DNA from: Octopus bimaculoides
Lineage: Eukaryota
Length of the DNA stretch: 64,000 nucleotides
Assembly (NCBI RefSeq): GCF_001194135.2
Contig: NC_068994.1
Location: 36,707,995-36,771,994, forward strand
Direction of reading: 5' to 3'
The notes under the pieces were generated by a model that was given only the letters and a program-made list of their open reading frames with translations, had not been told where the DNA came from and ran no database searches. Below are positions 1-13,511 of the stretch, one piece after another (the stretch's first letter is position 1; every line of letters starts with the position of its first letter). The position numbers and the translations under genes were made by a program.

Positions 1-266
1 TTATGGTTTTGGTACTTTAGGTACAGATGGCAGGGGTTTGGGGAAAGAAGAGAAGCTATTTTTTATTGGTAAATTCCAAGGTTCTGGGAGATTAGCAGTT
101 TTTATTCTTAAGGATTTAAGATCAATAACATCATTGCAGACAATTTTTTGATCAACAATTGCTTGACAGGAAGGTTTTGTAGAAATATCCTTGGGTTTGT
201 GTGATGTCCATGGTAAAGAACTCCTACTTTTGTGTTGCTGTTGATCCTCTTGACAATGCTTGAAAC
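1..266 (-). CDS. Terminal coding exon of a protocadherin-like gene (GFKHCQED...LPEPWNLPIKNSFSSFPKPLPSVPKVPKP*)
   Basis: The frame is open from 324 to the TAA at 3-1. A phase-1 acceptor (ttttctttgtttacttttacgag|) fits the upstream donor; an in-frame alternative acceptor lies at 308. The WNLP-x-x-NSF...KPLP-x-VPK end resembles octopus protocadherin C-termini as I recall them. Confidence 0.7.
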
Positions 267-1928
267 CTCGTAAAAGTAAACAAAGAAAACAAAAATGTTC
301 ATTGTGAGCTAAGATTAGGCTTTGTTAACATTGATTTTTGTCTAAATTTAACTACTTTGGGTATATTTCTCTCCAGAAAGTTCCTCCTCTGGTATTTATC
401 TCCCTATAACTTAGAATAACAAGATTTTGAATGAATATAGCTTTTGTATACTCTTGTAGATATTGTTGCATCTTAATTTTCATTATGATTTAGCTTCTAT
501 TCTTTTTTTTTAATCTCTTGTGATAAACAATGTGGAAATCTAATTGTTACATTCCCTTTTGCTTTATAAATAAACTTAGTCAAATAACATATATCTATGT
601 TGATTTGTTGTTCATAATTTCACAATTCCAAACTGTAAGAATCCTTTCTGCTGTTGAACGTATTTGATATTTGTTGATTATTGAAAAATAAATTGCTGAT
701 ACATCTTTCAGGTTTTTATATTGTTTACTGTTATTAGTTCAGTCTTTCTTTAGCAATATTTAACTTTCCTTTCCCTAGACTTATTGTTTATCAGACACAT
801 TATAAGCGTTATTTACAAGTAAATTGTAAATATAATTTGTGTCAACAGAGATACTGAATTCTTATATATCTAAATTGTTTTAGATGAGTTATTACTAGAG
901 CATTTTGAATTGTTAACATCGTCCTTTTTTAGCTCATACAAACTATGTTTGTGTTTGTTTATCAACTGAGGATCATATAGATATATGATTACTTTTTACA
1001 AACTCTTTAAAGTTCCAGTTTATCCAGCAGATAGTACAATATTACTTCAAGTAATATTTAAATTTTTTTTTTTTAGTGGCAACCATATTGGGGAGGATTT
1101 GATACTGGGTTTACTGACATTTAACATTAAATGAAGAATCATTGGTTAAATCTTCTTCCATTTCCAGGCTAATATCTGCCACTTCTGAGAACGAATTTAG
1201 ATTTACAAACATTTGTCCCATTTGTCTGTAAAATAATTAGGGAAAATGTTGAAATATTGCATAGTTTTTGAGTTTAATGCAAATACTTTTTCCTGATGAC
1301 CAGTCTAAAGCATTTGAAGAAATAGTCTTTTGCAAAAAGAAAAAAAAGTAACTAAAAACGAAAAATAATTGTTTTTCATCAGTATTGAAATGTTACCTTG
1401 TTTTTAAGGTAGTGATATTTTGAGTACTTATTATCTGTAAATGCTATACATACTAAAGAGTATGTTATACTAATTTGAAAATTCACACCTTTTTCTAATT
1501 TCAATTTTCTAATTTTTAGATTTCAAAGTGGGGATCAAAATTCTCAACACAAATGTCTTGGAAAAAGAATTGCATTGAAAACTAGTAGCACATTAGCTTA
1601 GCCACAGTCATATGGCTGGAACTAGTTAATGAATAAAGAGAAAAAAGTTTTGATCCTGTATAGATACTTAAAATATACATCTTGCTAATCATGTTAACTG
1701 TTTTACAAAGCCAATGAAATAATTCATGTACCAGCTTTTGAACAAATTATCCTATATAAAGAAAACAATGTTTTTAACAGTTTGAACACTGGAAAATTAT
1801 TCTATAATTGTTTGATAATAAATTAAGTGATGAAGTTGAAAGAGAGGTATTAGATTTAGAAAAACAGGAAAACTGTTAGCCTAGAAGGCTTGTAAATGAC
1901 GGGAACTGTTCTTTTATGATGTACATAC

Positions 1929-2079
1929 CTGGTAAGGTTTCGTAATGTACTGTATTTCTCTCACTCCATCCATGTCCACTGTCACTATCAGAAGACATAG
2001 TTGATATTTTATTGAAATGGTCAGTAGGTATAAGCATAAGTTCATGTTCTTTACTAACACCAGATGTCACTGCAGCCTC
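1929..2079 (-). CDS. Internal 151-nt coding exon of a protocadherin-like gene (EAAVTSGVSKEHELMLIPTDHFNKISTMSSDSDSGHGWSERNTVHYETLP)
   Basis: Long pyrimidine tract ending tctttag|, phase-0 start, CCAG|GTATGT donor in phase 1. The S/T-x-DSGHG-W-S-E...HYE-x-LP motif resembles the conserved cytoplasmic motif of mollusc/octopus protocadherins (recalled, not searched). Confidence 0.75.
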
Positions 2080-3281
2080 CTAAAGACTCGTAATCAAACA
2101 AAATGAAGGTGAGAGAAAATTTGTTATATAACAAAAAAAAAAAAAAAAGGAAAAATATAATTTGCTTAATTACAATACACTTAAAAAATTTTTTTAAATT
2201 AGAAAAATAGATATTCATATAATTTTCTAAAACTTCTGAGGCTGTTTGAAAGCTATATGGTACAGTGAAATTTATTTTTAAAATATCAAATAGCTGGTTG
2301 AACAATATGCTAAATTTGCAATAAACATGTTTAAAATATCCTTGTTTGCAGTGGTGGCTTGTGGTTAATTTGTAGTGCACACAAAAATTATTTTATGAAT
2401 ATTATATGTAGCAATACCCATTTATTTTAGTTTAACCCATAGCTATTATTCATAACAAATATATTTTAAATATAACTGTAAAACTGTATATCGTTTAGCC
2501 TGGGTACATTATTAATTGTTGTATAATGAGCCATTAAAGAGCCATTAGAATCTGCTAGCTAAAGTATTGCTTGTATCTCTTTTCTAATGCAATGTGTCAT
2601 TTCCAAATGCATTTAGCTCACAATGAATGAGATCAGATTTCTCAGAGCTCCTTGAAATATTTAATATCAATCTCTTAGCTCCTTGTGTGAGAGAATGTTC
2701 CACAGAGTAAATGTTTTTAATACTGTATGCTCTTAAGAGTGTTAAATAATAAAATGTAAACCAGCAGCTAGGAATGGATATTATTAGAAACAATGGCCAA
2801 CCCATACCAGCATGGGACATAAGCATTAGATGATAATGCTGAAGACAATGACGATGACAATATGTTATCTATATTTCAAAACTTTATGTTTACAACTGTG
2901 CCTTTATAATGAAGGCATTATATGCAACATAACATTTAAGTTCTCAGAACAGATTCTAAACACAGCCATAAATGCATATATACAAATCAGTAAAATCAAA
3001 TGTTTAATATTCAAGACATTTGGATTTTATTGCTATAATTTTTAATATGAAAATTATTTTTATAATTTTTGTAATTGCACAATTATTAAAGCAATGGACG
3101 AAATACCTAGTTATAGTAATTATTTTCTGGCTCCAAATCTTGGTGAAAATGACATAGCCTTTTATCTTTTTAGGGCCATGAAGATAGTTTAAGGGATTCT
3201 TAGTTATTAAAACGGATCTTTCATTAACTGGGTTAGTTGCAAAAAACACAAAATTTGAATAAATGTTAATAATCATATTAC

Positions 3282-3328
3282 AGGGAGCTGTAGGGAGAGT
3301 TTATCCAGACTTGCTGAACCTGCCTTGG
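3282..3328 (-). CDS. Internal 47-nt coding exon of a protocadherin-like gene, cytoplasmic region ((x)KAGSASLDKLSLQLP)
   Basis: On the minus strand: CTAAC branch-like motif, polypyrimidine tract (tttttcctctgtatag|), 2+45 nt open frame, donor |GTAATA in phase 0 matching the next exon. Confidence 0.6.
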
Positions 3329-4129
3329 CTATACAGAGGAAAAAGGTTAATAATATAAGTTGTTAGTTAGATTCAGTTAAATTGATTAAGTCTTGCTGCT
3401 AAAATATGTGTCTTCTTTGTACCCAAGTTAGAAATCATTACTTATATCTCAGGAAATTCACATCAAATTACATCTAAAATATTGAAGTATATTCATATGT
3501 ATCTATATAAAATGACATACTTTTAATGACAAAAATAAGTTTTTAATATCCATTATTTCAGTTTTCTTTTAAAACTATGCATTGAATGTCTAGATGTCTG
3601 GAATTAGGAATTTTTGCTAAGACCAATGTTTCACAGAGACTATTAAGCACATCTTTAGCAATAGAAGCCTCTTCTTTTTTTTTTTCTTTTAAATATGTAC
3701 ATTTATGCTACTTTCCATTTAGCTTGATTGCTAATCATCATCAGGTGTTTTATTCCTGGATTTACACATAGTCATAGGATTGGGTTAAGACTAAGGACCA
3801 CTGTTTTTAAACTAAGGGTAACAGTGCTTTTATCAATTAGACAATTATTCACATCCATGAGTATGACACCTGATGATGATCAGGCTTCACATGAATCAAA
3901 ATGTCATGTTAGCATTTTGAATTTTAAAAACTGTTTCCTTTCGAAAGATGAGGTTAATTGCCTGCAAAAATTATATTCTTATCAGCATATCTATCAGCAT
4001 ATTTATAGTCACCATTGAATTTCTTAATTGAGTAAGTTGTTTTATTAAAGGTAATTAGATTCAATTTTATACAATCGTTTGGAAGAACAAGAAACCCTTC
4101 GGATTTTGCTTTAAATTACTTCAGATATC

Positions 4130-4184
4130 ATATACATATGTTTGTGTGTGTATACACACACATATATGTGTAAGTATATATGTG

Positions 4185-4224
<40 letters not shown>

Positions 4225-4318
4225 ATGTGTGTATATACATATGTATATGTGTAACCATATGTATGTACATGTATATATATATGTATGTATATATATAAAT
4301 ATATACATATGTATGTAC

Positions 4319-4387
<69 letters not shown>

Positions 4388-4440
4388 CATCAGTATGTAT
4401 ATGTATATATGCATATGTATGTATATCTGTGTGTGTGTGT
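4130..4440. repeat. Compound (TA)n/(TG)n/(TATG)n microsatellite
   Basis: Directly visible; explains the YIYI/HTHT/CVCV ORFs. Confidence 0.95.
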
Positions 4441-5346
4441 AACTTAAGTGGTACTAATAATTAGTAAGATTTTTTGTTTTCTTTCATAGATTGCTATATT
4501 TTAAAATTAAATTTAGTTTAGCAAGCCCTTTTATTTTTTTTCCAAGTTTCACTGGTTTATAAGTATTTCAATATTGCAATAAATTCTACAAAAGAAGTAT
4601 GAAAAAAATGAAAGCCAAAACAAATTTTTCTTCAATAAATCTAATTGATATCACTAAGAATGACAGCAGTTAAACTTTGGTTTTGACATTTCAAAAGTGA
4701 GAATAAACTCAGGAACATAAATAAAGACAACAGAAAAGAACAAAAAAGCAAGAAAAAAAAAAAAGAAACAAAAACAAAGATAGCAAAGCAAAAACGATCA
4801 ATTTAGATTCTAGCCAGTTTTCATTATTAATAATAAATAGAACTATATCTACAATACCGTTTAAAAATACATCTGATGAAATCTATATTTCTGAAAGTAG
4901 AGTTTCTCCTATTTTAATTTTCCTACAAACGATGAATTCTGAAAGGATTCTAGAAATTGGCTTGTAAAGTCTATAAAATGTCTGAGGTTTGACATAAGAG
5001 ATTTGCTTTAAATTATTAAGTATACTATTTGATGCAGCAACTCTTCTGTTAGAGAATAGACAAAATTGGCAAGAAAGTGAACATAAAAAATATATAGACA
5101 CCAATTTATTGGCATCACTCAACTTATGTATATGTTATAAATGTTTACTAGTTTCGCAGCCAATATTGTAATTCTTTTTTGTTCTCCTTCTTTCTTCCTT
5201 CTTGCCTTCCTTTCTTTCTTCTTTTTTTTCCTTCTTTCGTTTTTGATATTAGAAAATTAAACATTTAGTTATCATATATCAAGCCAAAACTGAATCTTAG
5301 AAAGTGAAGGCTCATAAAAGAAAAAGTAAAGAAGCAAATATATATG

Positions 5347-5391
<45 letters not shown>

Positions 5392-6879
5392 CAAGAAAAA
5401 TTGGCAATGAATCAAGTAATAAAATCAATCAATACTGCCATCATTATCATTATTATTATTGAAGATCTTAATGTGATCAAGTATAGTATTGTAAATATTA
5501 TTTAACATTTTCAAGTAATTAAGCTAAATGCAAAATGTAGCTCTATGAAATATAGTTATGTCTTAAGATCTCACTTCTTTTGAATGTTATTAACAATATT
5601 GTTTGCTGTCAACAGAATATTCAATAAAAATAGTATAGCCATATAATATGAATTTTATAGATATTTCTGCGCTTTAATTTTCTTCTATTAATTGGAAAGT
5701 TCATGTTCTGGATAGCCTACACAGATATTTTTTATTAGTTCTGATACTAACTACCTAATAAAGGACTAACATCTTATTTTGTGAGCATTTTAATGTCAAG
5801 ACGCTTGCCTAAGTTCAGCCAAAAAATGTGTTTATTTCTTTTAATTATATAGTAATGTGATTGTTCTTTATTTTGGGAAAATATTGTTAAATCTTATTTG
5901 CTGTGAAGAAAGAAAGTATGCAAATTTCATGAACACAAGAAAGTTCATAGCTTAATGATGGTTTTATATTTCTGAAACAGTATAGCTTTGAAATTTACTA
6001 ATCTTCGCAGTAAAAAGTCTATCTATGTAGTGTGTACTTATAATAGAGAAAGAAAAGAAAAGTGAAAGCGATAGAGAGATAAAGAAAGAGATAAGGAGCA
6101 AAAGAGAACATATATTTAATAAAAGTATATGTTTAGCATTATTCAGTTCTGACATTTGTGTATGGTGAAAAAGAAAAAGAATGTGTATAAAAAAATAAGC
6201 TTTTTTAATTTCTTATTTTTCTGGGGAAGGGAAAAGGAGCAGTGTTATGTCTTTGCATGCTCTCCAAGACATGTTTCAATTAATGTTGTTAATGTTCCTT
6301 TTGAACCATTTGTTAGTCATCACCTTCAGGAAAGGCATGAGAAAAAAAGGAGTTTCAGATGCACAATATACTGGGCTTGGTGATGAGGACCCATACAATA
6401 AGTGTAATGGAAGGACAACTTCAAACCATAATGGTCTTTGATACATTTGTCCTTATTCCAGTGTATACTGACTTATTTCCAAAAATTTGTATGGATGCAT
6501 CATCATCCCTATCATTGTTTTAACATCTACTTTTCCATATTTGCATGGATCAGATAGAATTCATTGAAGCAGATTTTCTATGGACAGATGTCCTTTCAGT
6601 CACCATCACACACTTGTTTCCAAGTGAGGTAATATTTCCCTGTAACTGAACATGTTTTCATGGAAGATTAGAAATGAATAATACTGCTAATATGACAATG
6701 ACACACTTTCATAATGTCTAGAGGAGACAGAATTTATCCATAGATCAAAAACTTAATCTGAATACTTAGAGTCTAAAGGCACCCAAGCTTCAAACTCTGG
6801 TGTTAAACTGGGTGACAGATTAAGTTTTCATTCAAACTTGCACGATTTACTTTGGCTTTAAATCTTTAGACACATGCAT

Positions 6880-7031
6880 AGCTGTGTGGTTTAGAAGTTT
6901 GTTTTGTAATCATGTTGTTTTAGGCTCAGTTCCATTGTGCAGCACCTTGGGCATGTGCTTTCTTCTATAACTCTAGGCCGACCAGTGCCTTGGAGTGAAT
7001 TTTGTAGTTGGAAACTTTGAAAGGCCCCATT

Positions 7032-7086
<55 letters not shown>

Positions 7087-7115
7087 GTCTGTTTGTCTGT
7101 GCATGTGTGTGTGTG
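6880..7115 (+). mobile_element. tRNA-type SINE family A, 5' part, with (CTAT)n internal microsatellite
   Basis: Head gctgtgtggtttagaag...ttcagttccattg...caccttgggc is shared with the copies at 13.2, 43.05 and 54.06 kb. Confidence 0.7.
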
Positions 7116-7934
7116 TTTACCTCCACCCCTCCCTAATTGCTTGACAGCTGGTATTGGTTTGTTTATGTGCCAATAACTAAATGGTTCAGCAAAAGAGACT
7201 GACAAAACAAATGCCAGGCTTTAAAAAGAAACAAAAATAAAATACATGAGCATTAAGATTGTTTTGGCTGCAATCCAATGATTGAAACAAGTAAAAGATA
7301 AAAGCTAAAATAAAATAGAATTTTAAACTTAATATTTCTTGTTTAATAACTAAAAATAATTAATTCACTGCTATTATCTTCAGTGTAATGCATCAATCTG
7401 AGATAGAAAAGGGAAAAAGGCCAACAAATGGGAGAGAGAATGATTCCTAACATATACACAAGACCACAAATCTGGTCAGGAGGAGTTAGTGGATCAAATC
7501 AACTCCTGTATTTGTAGTTTGTTGTTATCAATTTCAGGAAGATGAAAAGCAACATTGATCTTTGCAGGATTGGGACTCAGAACATGGAATAACTGCTAAT
7601 CATTGCAAAATGTTTTGTTTAATGTTCTAACAAATTTACCAGTTCACCACCTTACAGATGTGACTAATAATAAATTTCACAAACTATCAAAGATTATCTC
7701 AAAATAATTTGATGAATACTAGTGTTCTACAATAAACAGTATTAATATAAAGATTATTGCACTCAGATGTGAGAAATTATTTCAATCATTACCTTGTGCT
7801 GTACTTCTTGAAAATTAGGTTATAGATTAATTTTTAATTATTAATTTATTATTCTGCTGTAGTTGATAGTTATTTTAAAATTCTATTGTCATTTGAATAA
7901 TACCCATTGTAGCTATTAAAGTTTAAACTGTATG

Positions 7935-8052
7935 CAAACATACATATGCACACAAACACACACACACACACACAGACACACAACACACACACACACACAC
8001 ACACAGCACACATACACACACACACAACGCACACACACCCATAAAACACACA

Positions 8053-8083
<31 letters not shown>

Positions 8084-8101
8084 CCTCTCTCTCTCTCTCT
8101 C
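7935..8101. repeat. Compound (CA)n/(CT)n microsatellite
   Basis: Directly visible. Confidence 0.95.
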
Positions 8102-8829
8102 GTTGAAAAGTAACACACAAGTATTCACAGACGCACATTTGTGCACACCCAACACACATTGTTTGTTCTTGTTACATTGGATGCAGCCTTAGGACTGCAG
8201 TTAATGATGGAACACCACCTTCAAAGGTTTTAACCGATTATAGTGACTTCACTATTCGATTTTATCGATGTCACAAAGATCAAATGGTAAACCAGCCTTG
8301 AAGAAAAAGGACATAACTTTAAAATAAAATACTAAATATATTTTTTAACAGGCCCCTTTTATTCTCATTTTCTCATTTCTTATATATGTTTATATGTATT
8401 GAATATAGCCAGTATATATCTGGGTAAACCTCAAGTTATAATGTAATGAAGAGTCCTGATGAAAGTGAAAATATAATATTACAATTCAAATCTTTATATA
8501 CAAGTGACTAAACATGTTTCTATGTGCCTGAAAATATTTCTGCTTCTATATTGTCATACTGCTTCACTACTTCTGCTATTGAATTGTCGCAAACATGAAT
8601 TTGAGAGCCACAATTCAAAAAGCTTCAGTTTCTAGTAAAATATAAACCCTATTTTAAGCATCGAGTTCATAATTTTTCCTTGTATAAGAACAAGCTGTCA
8701 CCAGTCCATATATAATGTGTACATGTGTGTGTGTGTGTGTGTGTGTATGTGTTTGTGTGTGCACACATTTGTGTTTAATTACAGCATCTTAATCATCTAA
8801 TATTTACTGAAAAAGTACCATTCAGTTTG

Positions 8830-9965
8830 TCCTTCAGCATTTGTAGTAGAGTGAAACAATGTTATGTGCTTGTCCCCATCGGGTGCTTCCCTGTCAGGCT
8901 GAAGCATCCCTTTGGAACATCAGCCAATGATGTTTACCTTCAGGCAAAACTTGACAGGAAGCTTCAGTCAGTCCTGCTGAAGATGAAAATATAAGTAATC
9001 AAAGTACTTATGAGAGGCAAGCTGCTTGCAAGTAATATGGCACTGGTAACACACCCAGAGCAGTAATTGTGAGAATGCCTCATGGAGAATTTCACAAAAG
9101 CCTGTCAATTCTTCAGCTTGACCATCAGTCTGATGAAAGTGAATGTACAGGGCCAAGGTGTTGGACAATCCCCTATCATTACCATCAACAAGTATGAACT
9201 AGAATGAGTCTATGCATTCACATATATTGGTTTCACCATCGTAGGCAACCTCTCTCTGCTAACTGAAATTAACAGATGTGCTAGAAGAGCAGTTTCAACA
9301 CTAGCTGCGCTGAAAATGAGAATCTTGGAGAAAATAGTGTCCACCAAGATCGTCATCTGCAAAGCTTGCATCCTCAGCACACTCCGTTATTGTAGTGAGA
9401 CCTGGAACATTGACTTCAAATAAGAGCTGCATCTCAATACCTTCCATCTATGCAGCCTGAGATAGATTCTGGGCAACAAGTGAACTGACTGAGTCACCAG
9501 TAATGAGGTTTTGTTTCATACACTGATATTCAGCCTCCTCATCTTACTGTAACAATGATGCCTCTGCTGGCTTGATCAAGTACTCTGCATGCAAAATGAA
9601 AGAATCCCAAAGGACCTGCTGCATGAGGAATTGACATCTGGCAAAAATAAAACACAAAGGACTGTACCCGTCTTCATTTCATGGATGTTTGCAAGCAAGA
9701 CATAATATCTCTTTACATGGACATTAAAAGGTGAGAGGAAATTACTGGTGATTGCTCCCACTGGAAAGTGAAACTAAACAAAAGTTTCATAAAATGAGAG
9801 GTGAGGCTGAGGCTTGTTGATGAAGAAAAGGGAAATCAATGGAAAAACAACATCAGGACACGTCTGGTAGACAATGCCTTCAAATGCAGTCACTGCTGCC
9901 AGGACTGTCCCTCACATGTGGGTCTCTGCAGTCACAAAAAAATTCTGCTTTGCCAAGACTGAAGC
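8830..9965 (+). mobile_element. RTE-clade LINE, decayed 3' fragment (RT C-terminal half)
   Basis: Translates to MENFTKACQFFSLTISLMKVNV...AFTYIGFTI...LRYCSETW...ERIPKDLLHEEL...FKCSHCCQDCPSHVGLCSH, with internal stops. Confidence 0.85.
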
Positions 9966-10174
9966 AAAACTTTTCAGGTACAGATTCATGGTCTTGCAAA
10001 GTCAATGGATATCTCACCACATGCACACTCACATNNNNNNNNNNNNNNNNNNNNNNNNNNNNNNNNNNNNNNNNNNNNNNNNNNNNNNNNNNNNNNNNNN
10101 NNNNNNNNNNNNNNNNNNNNNNNNNNNNNNNNNNNNNNNNNNNNNNNNNNNNNNNNNNNNNNNNNNNNNNNNNN

Positions 10175-10232
<58 letters not shown>

Positions 10233-12036
10233 ATCATCATCAATGTCCACGTTACGATGCTTGCATGGTTCAGATGAAATTCATTGAGGTGGGGTTTTAG
10301 CCTGACGACCTTCTTGTCACCAACCATCACCTGGACACAATGAACAGCACAGTAAATTTAGACCAAACAATTTCCACTTCTTCAGTTAGCACACAATTTT
10401 AATCATCTAACTTTAAATTGTCAAAGATCTCTATTAAGATATAGTTGATCTTTTGAATGATTTCGAAGCTCAGTTTGTCAACAGGATAGAAAGTTCCTCC
10501 TCACATGTTTTGTTTATTTTCTCTAAGGGTACACTTTTTTTCTTTTTATTCTTTCACTGCCCATAAAATCCTGCATCCTCTGTTGATTATTGGGATGGGG
10601 CTGCTAGTAATGCCATACAAAGCATCCCTGTTTCTTAAACTCTCACACTGAAGATAAAATTTGCATGCAGTTTCTTCCACTATTTCTGTAACCTGGATTT
10701 GAGATTTCTGATTATGGCTGTTTCTGTAGCTTGCTGTTTGTTGTGTAATATCTACTGTTCTTTTCTGTTTCTTGTGTTCTTCTTGAAAAAAGCCTTCAAA
10801 TAGCCCTTAATGCAATACACATAGTGACTGAATTTTGTACTCCACCATCAGTCTTATTAATTTCTTTCTGGCAGTCACAAGGTACAGCTCCAGAATTTCC
10901 CTGAGGTTTTGGGACATCATTAGGATTTACATGTCCTTTCAAAATCCTGTCAATCACATTATTTCTTGTCTGTCTTATACCTTTGTGGTATCTCTGTATT
11001 ATACCACAAAGGTGAGGGTGAACCAGAAATCAGTATCAGTGCTGGTGTCCTTCACAGGTACCGTCATATTGTTTTGTCTCGTGTATTGAAACAATACATA
11101 GGACAATGCAAAAAGTGGCGTACCAACTTAGCTTGTTTTCTCACCTTATTCTCAGTTTTGAAAATTAGGCATATGATTCCATAAGCTTTAACCTAGCAGA
11201 AGAGATATTACACCAGGTATTGAATAGGATTATCCTCAGCTTCTGCTTTGAGGGCTTAACAAAAACCCCTGTGTTTTTATAGGGTTACAGAGATATGCAG
11301 TCTTATTCCTTTCTTATGCTTTGATAATGACCTAATATAGAGTAACTACTTCTTTGGTAACTCATCTTTGTCACATTGATTTTTATCTATGCCACGTTGC
11401 AGATATTTATCACATCTTTATAGCTAGAAACTCAAGTGAAAGAATTATTGACAATCATTTCTGTTGCCTCCACTCAAAACAGTTCTTTTGTTCATTAAAT
11501 TTGGCTTGTTTACTTAATTTGGCAAAATATGTGTGGGCGTTGTTGTTAATATTGTTAACAGTATCATTAAAATTGTTTTTATATTTTAAAATATCATTAT
11601 TTTCCTTGTGAACACTTTTCGAGTCTTGCTGTGAAATTGAATTTATTTTCCTTTCGCTTATCATTTTTTATAGTACTTATTAATACAATATTTTTTATTA
11701 CTTAGTGTTGTAATTTCAATTTTTTGTTCTCTCTGTTATCATGTTCATTTTCACATTTGAAGGGAGCATTTCTCTACTGAGAAGCTGTTTTGAATTATAT
11801 GTAAACAAAATACAGTAAAATATGTTTTAAAAAATGACAATCTTATGTCTCTCCTAGTATGGGAGCAGACATCCAATGCATTCCAGGGAAATATATTTTT
11901 CAGCTATTCCAGTTATTCATGGTAAAAAGAAAAATCAACATCCTCAGAGAGTTTTGTAACACATACTTACACAACTGACGTAATCATAATAATAGTAATA
12001 ATAATAATAATAATAATAATCATAATAATAATAAAA

Positions 12037-12470
12037 CATATGAACAAAAATGTTGAAGCTATACCTGGATCCTCAACACTACACACTGTCCAAAAATTAG
12101 TCCTGCTAGGAACAGCCCACATCCTATGCAAAACACTATCAATTCAATAATGCAACTTAACATCCCACAAACTCAAGATACACTCTATACAGCAATTACC
12201 CAGTGAAATAAACTTCCACTAGCAAGCTAGAAAACTAACACATTACACATTCAACACACAATACAAGCAATAATGCAACAAAAGACTTCATCACACCATA
12301 AGAGGTAAAAAAAATCCCAAAATCTAACATGATACAAGACTAGGAAGAGTTTGCATACTCCCAACAACAGAAAATAACACACAATACTGCACACAACCCA
12401 GGAACATGGAGGTGTAGCAGGTGACGCAGCAGAAATTTGCTTCAAACTACCAAATATATAACAATTATAT
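12037..12470 (+). mobile_element. 5'-truncated 3' end of an R4/Dong-like RLE retrotransposon
   Basis: Clearly similar to 16675-17087 (aagctatacctggatcctcaacactacacactgtc...gcagcagaaatttgc); flanked on both sides by (TAA)n. Confidence 0.8.
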
Positions 12471-12485
12471 AATAACAACAACAAC

Positions 12486-12529
<44 letters not shown>

Positions 12530-12530
<1 letters not shown>

Positions 12531-12750
12531 CCTTTCTACTATAGGCATAAGGCCTGAAATTTGGGGCAAGGAGATAGTCGATTATATTGACCCTAGTGTT
12601 TCACTGGTACTTAAGTTATTGACCCCCCCCTGAAGGATGAAAGGTCAAGTTGACCTCAGCGAAATTTGAACTCAAAACATAGCACCAGCAAAATACCACT
12701 AAGCATTTCGCCTGGTGTACTAACGATTCTGCCAGCTCACCGCCTTTGTA
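12530..12750 (-). mobile_element. tRNA-type SINE family B
   Basis: Reverse complement of the head ggcggtgagctggcagaatcgttag...ttgagttcaaatttc with an (ATT)n tail. Same family at 21.3, 30.5, 39.1, 44.1, 54.2, 55.4-55.85 and 59.5 kb. Confidence 0.8.
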
Positions 12751-13176
12751 ATAATAATAATGATGATAATGTCACAGCGAATACCAAACAGCATGGACAT
12801 GTGACAGTGAGCTGCCGGGAAGATAGATAAAATCTGAAACCATCACATAGCAGGAGTTAAGAATCTGCAAAAACAATGAAAGAAAACTATTGTCTTAATG
12901 TAAGCCATCTCAGGAAACTGAAAGATTTTTCTTATACGGAGTATATATATACAAAAAATAACTTCCCTTAGACAGCAACATGTACGTAAAAATGTAAATA
13001 CTGCAATGTTTCTATATGAAAACTGAAAACCTGTGAGTAAATTTTTAAATTTTAGATTTTAATTACATATACATCCATATTTATACAAGACCTCTATATA
13101 TATGCACATTGCTGTTTTCTTCTCTGTCTCTTGCATCAGTAATGATTATAACTATGAAAGAAACATCAACTTATAT

Positions 13177-13337
13177 GCATAGGAGTGGCTGTGTGGTAAG
13201 TAGCTTGCTTATAAACCACATGGTTCCGGGTTCAGTCCCACTGCGTGGCACCTTGGGCAAGTGTCTTCTACTATAGCTTCAGGCCGACCAAAGCCTTGTG
13301 AGTGGATTTGGTAGATGGAAACTGAAAGAAGCCCATC

Positions 13338-13387
<50 letters not shown>

Positions 13388-13460
13388 ATATGTTTGTGTG
13401 TCTGTGTTTATCCCCNNNNNNNNNNNNNNNNNNNNNNNNNNNNNNNNNNNNNNNNNNNNN

Positions 13461-13511
<51 letters not shown>

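Noticed and set aside
1520-1931. Plus-strand acidic frames (KLSDEVEREVLDLEKQENC) between an acceptor and a donor
   Set aside because: Several stops and shifts; the composition is what the antisense of a Ser/Thr-rich minus-strand relic would give.
3284-3346. Plus-strand exon-like reading GAVGRVYPDLLNLPWLYRGK with AG/GT borders
   Set aside because: It is the antisense of the minus-strand exon that fits the protocadherin phase chain; weak donor and no partner exons.
3865-3890. CTGATGA motifs here and near 3730 as possible hammerheads
   Set aside because: No stem II followed by GAAA.
6247-6441. ORF ending KKGVSDAQYTGLGDEDPYNKCNG
   Set aside because: No consistent splice sites or recognisable family.
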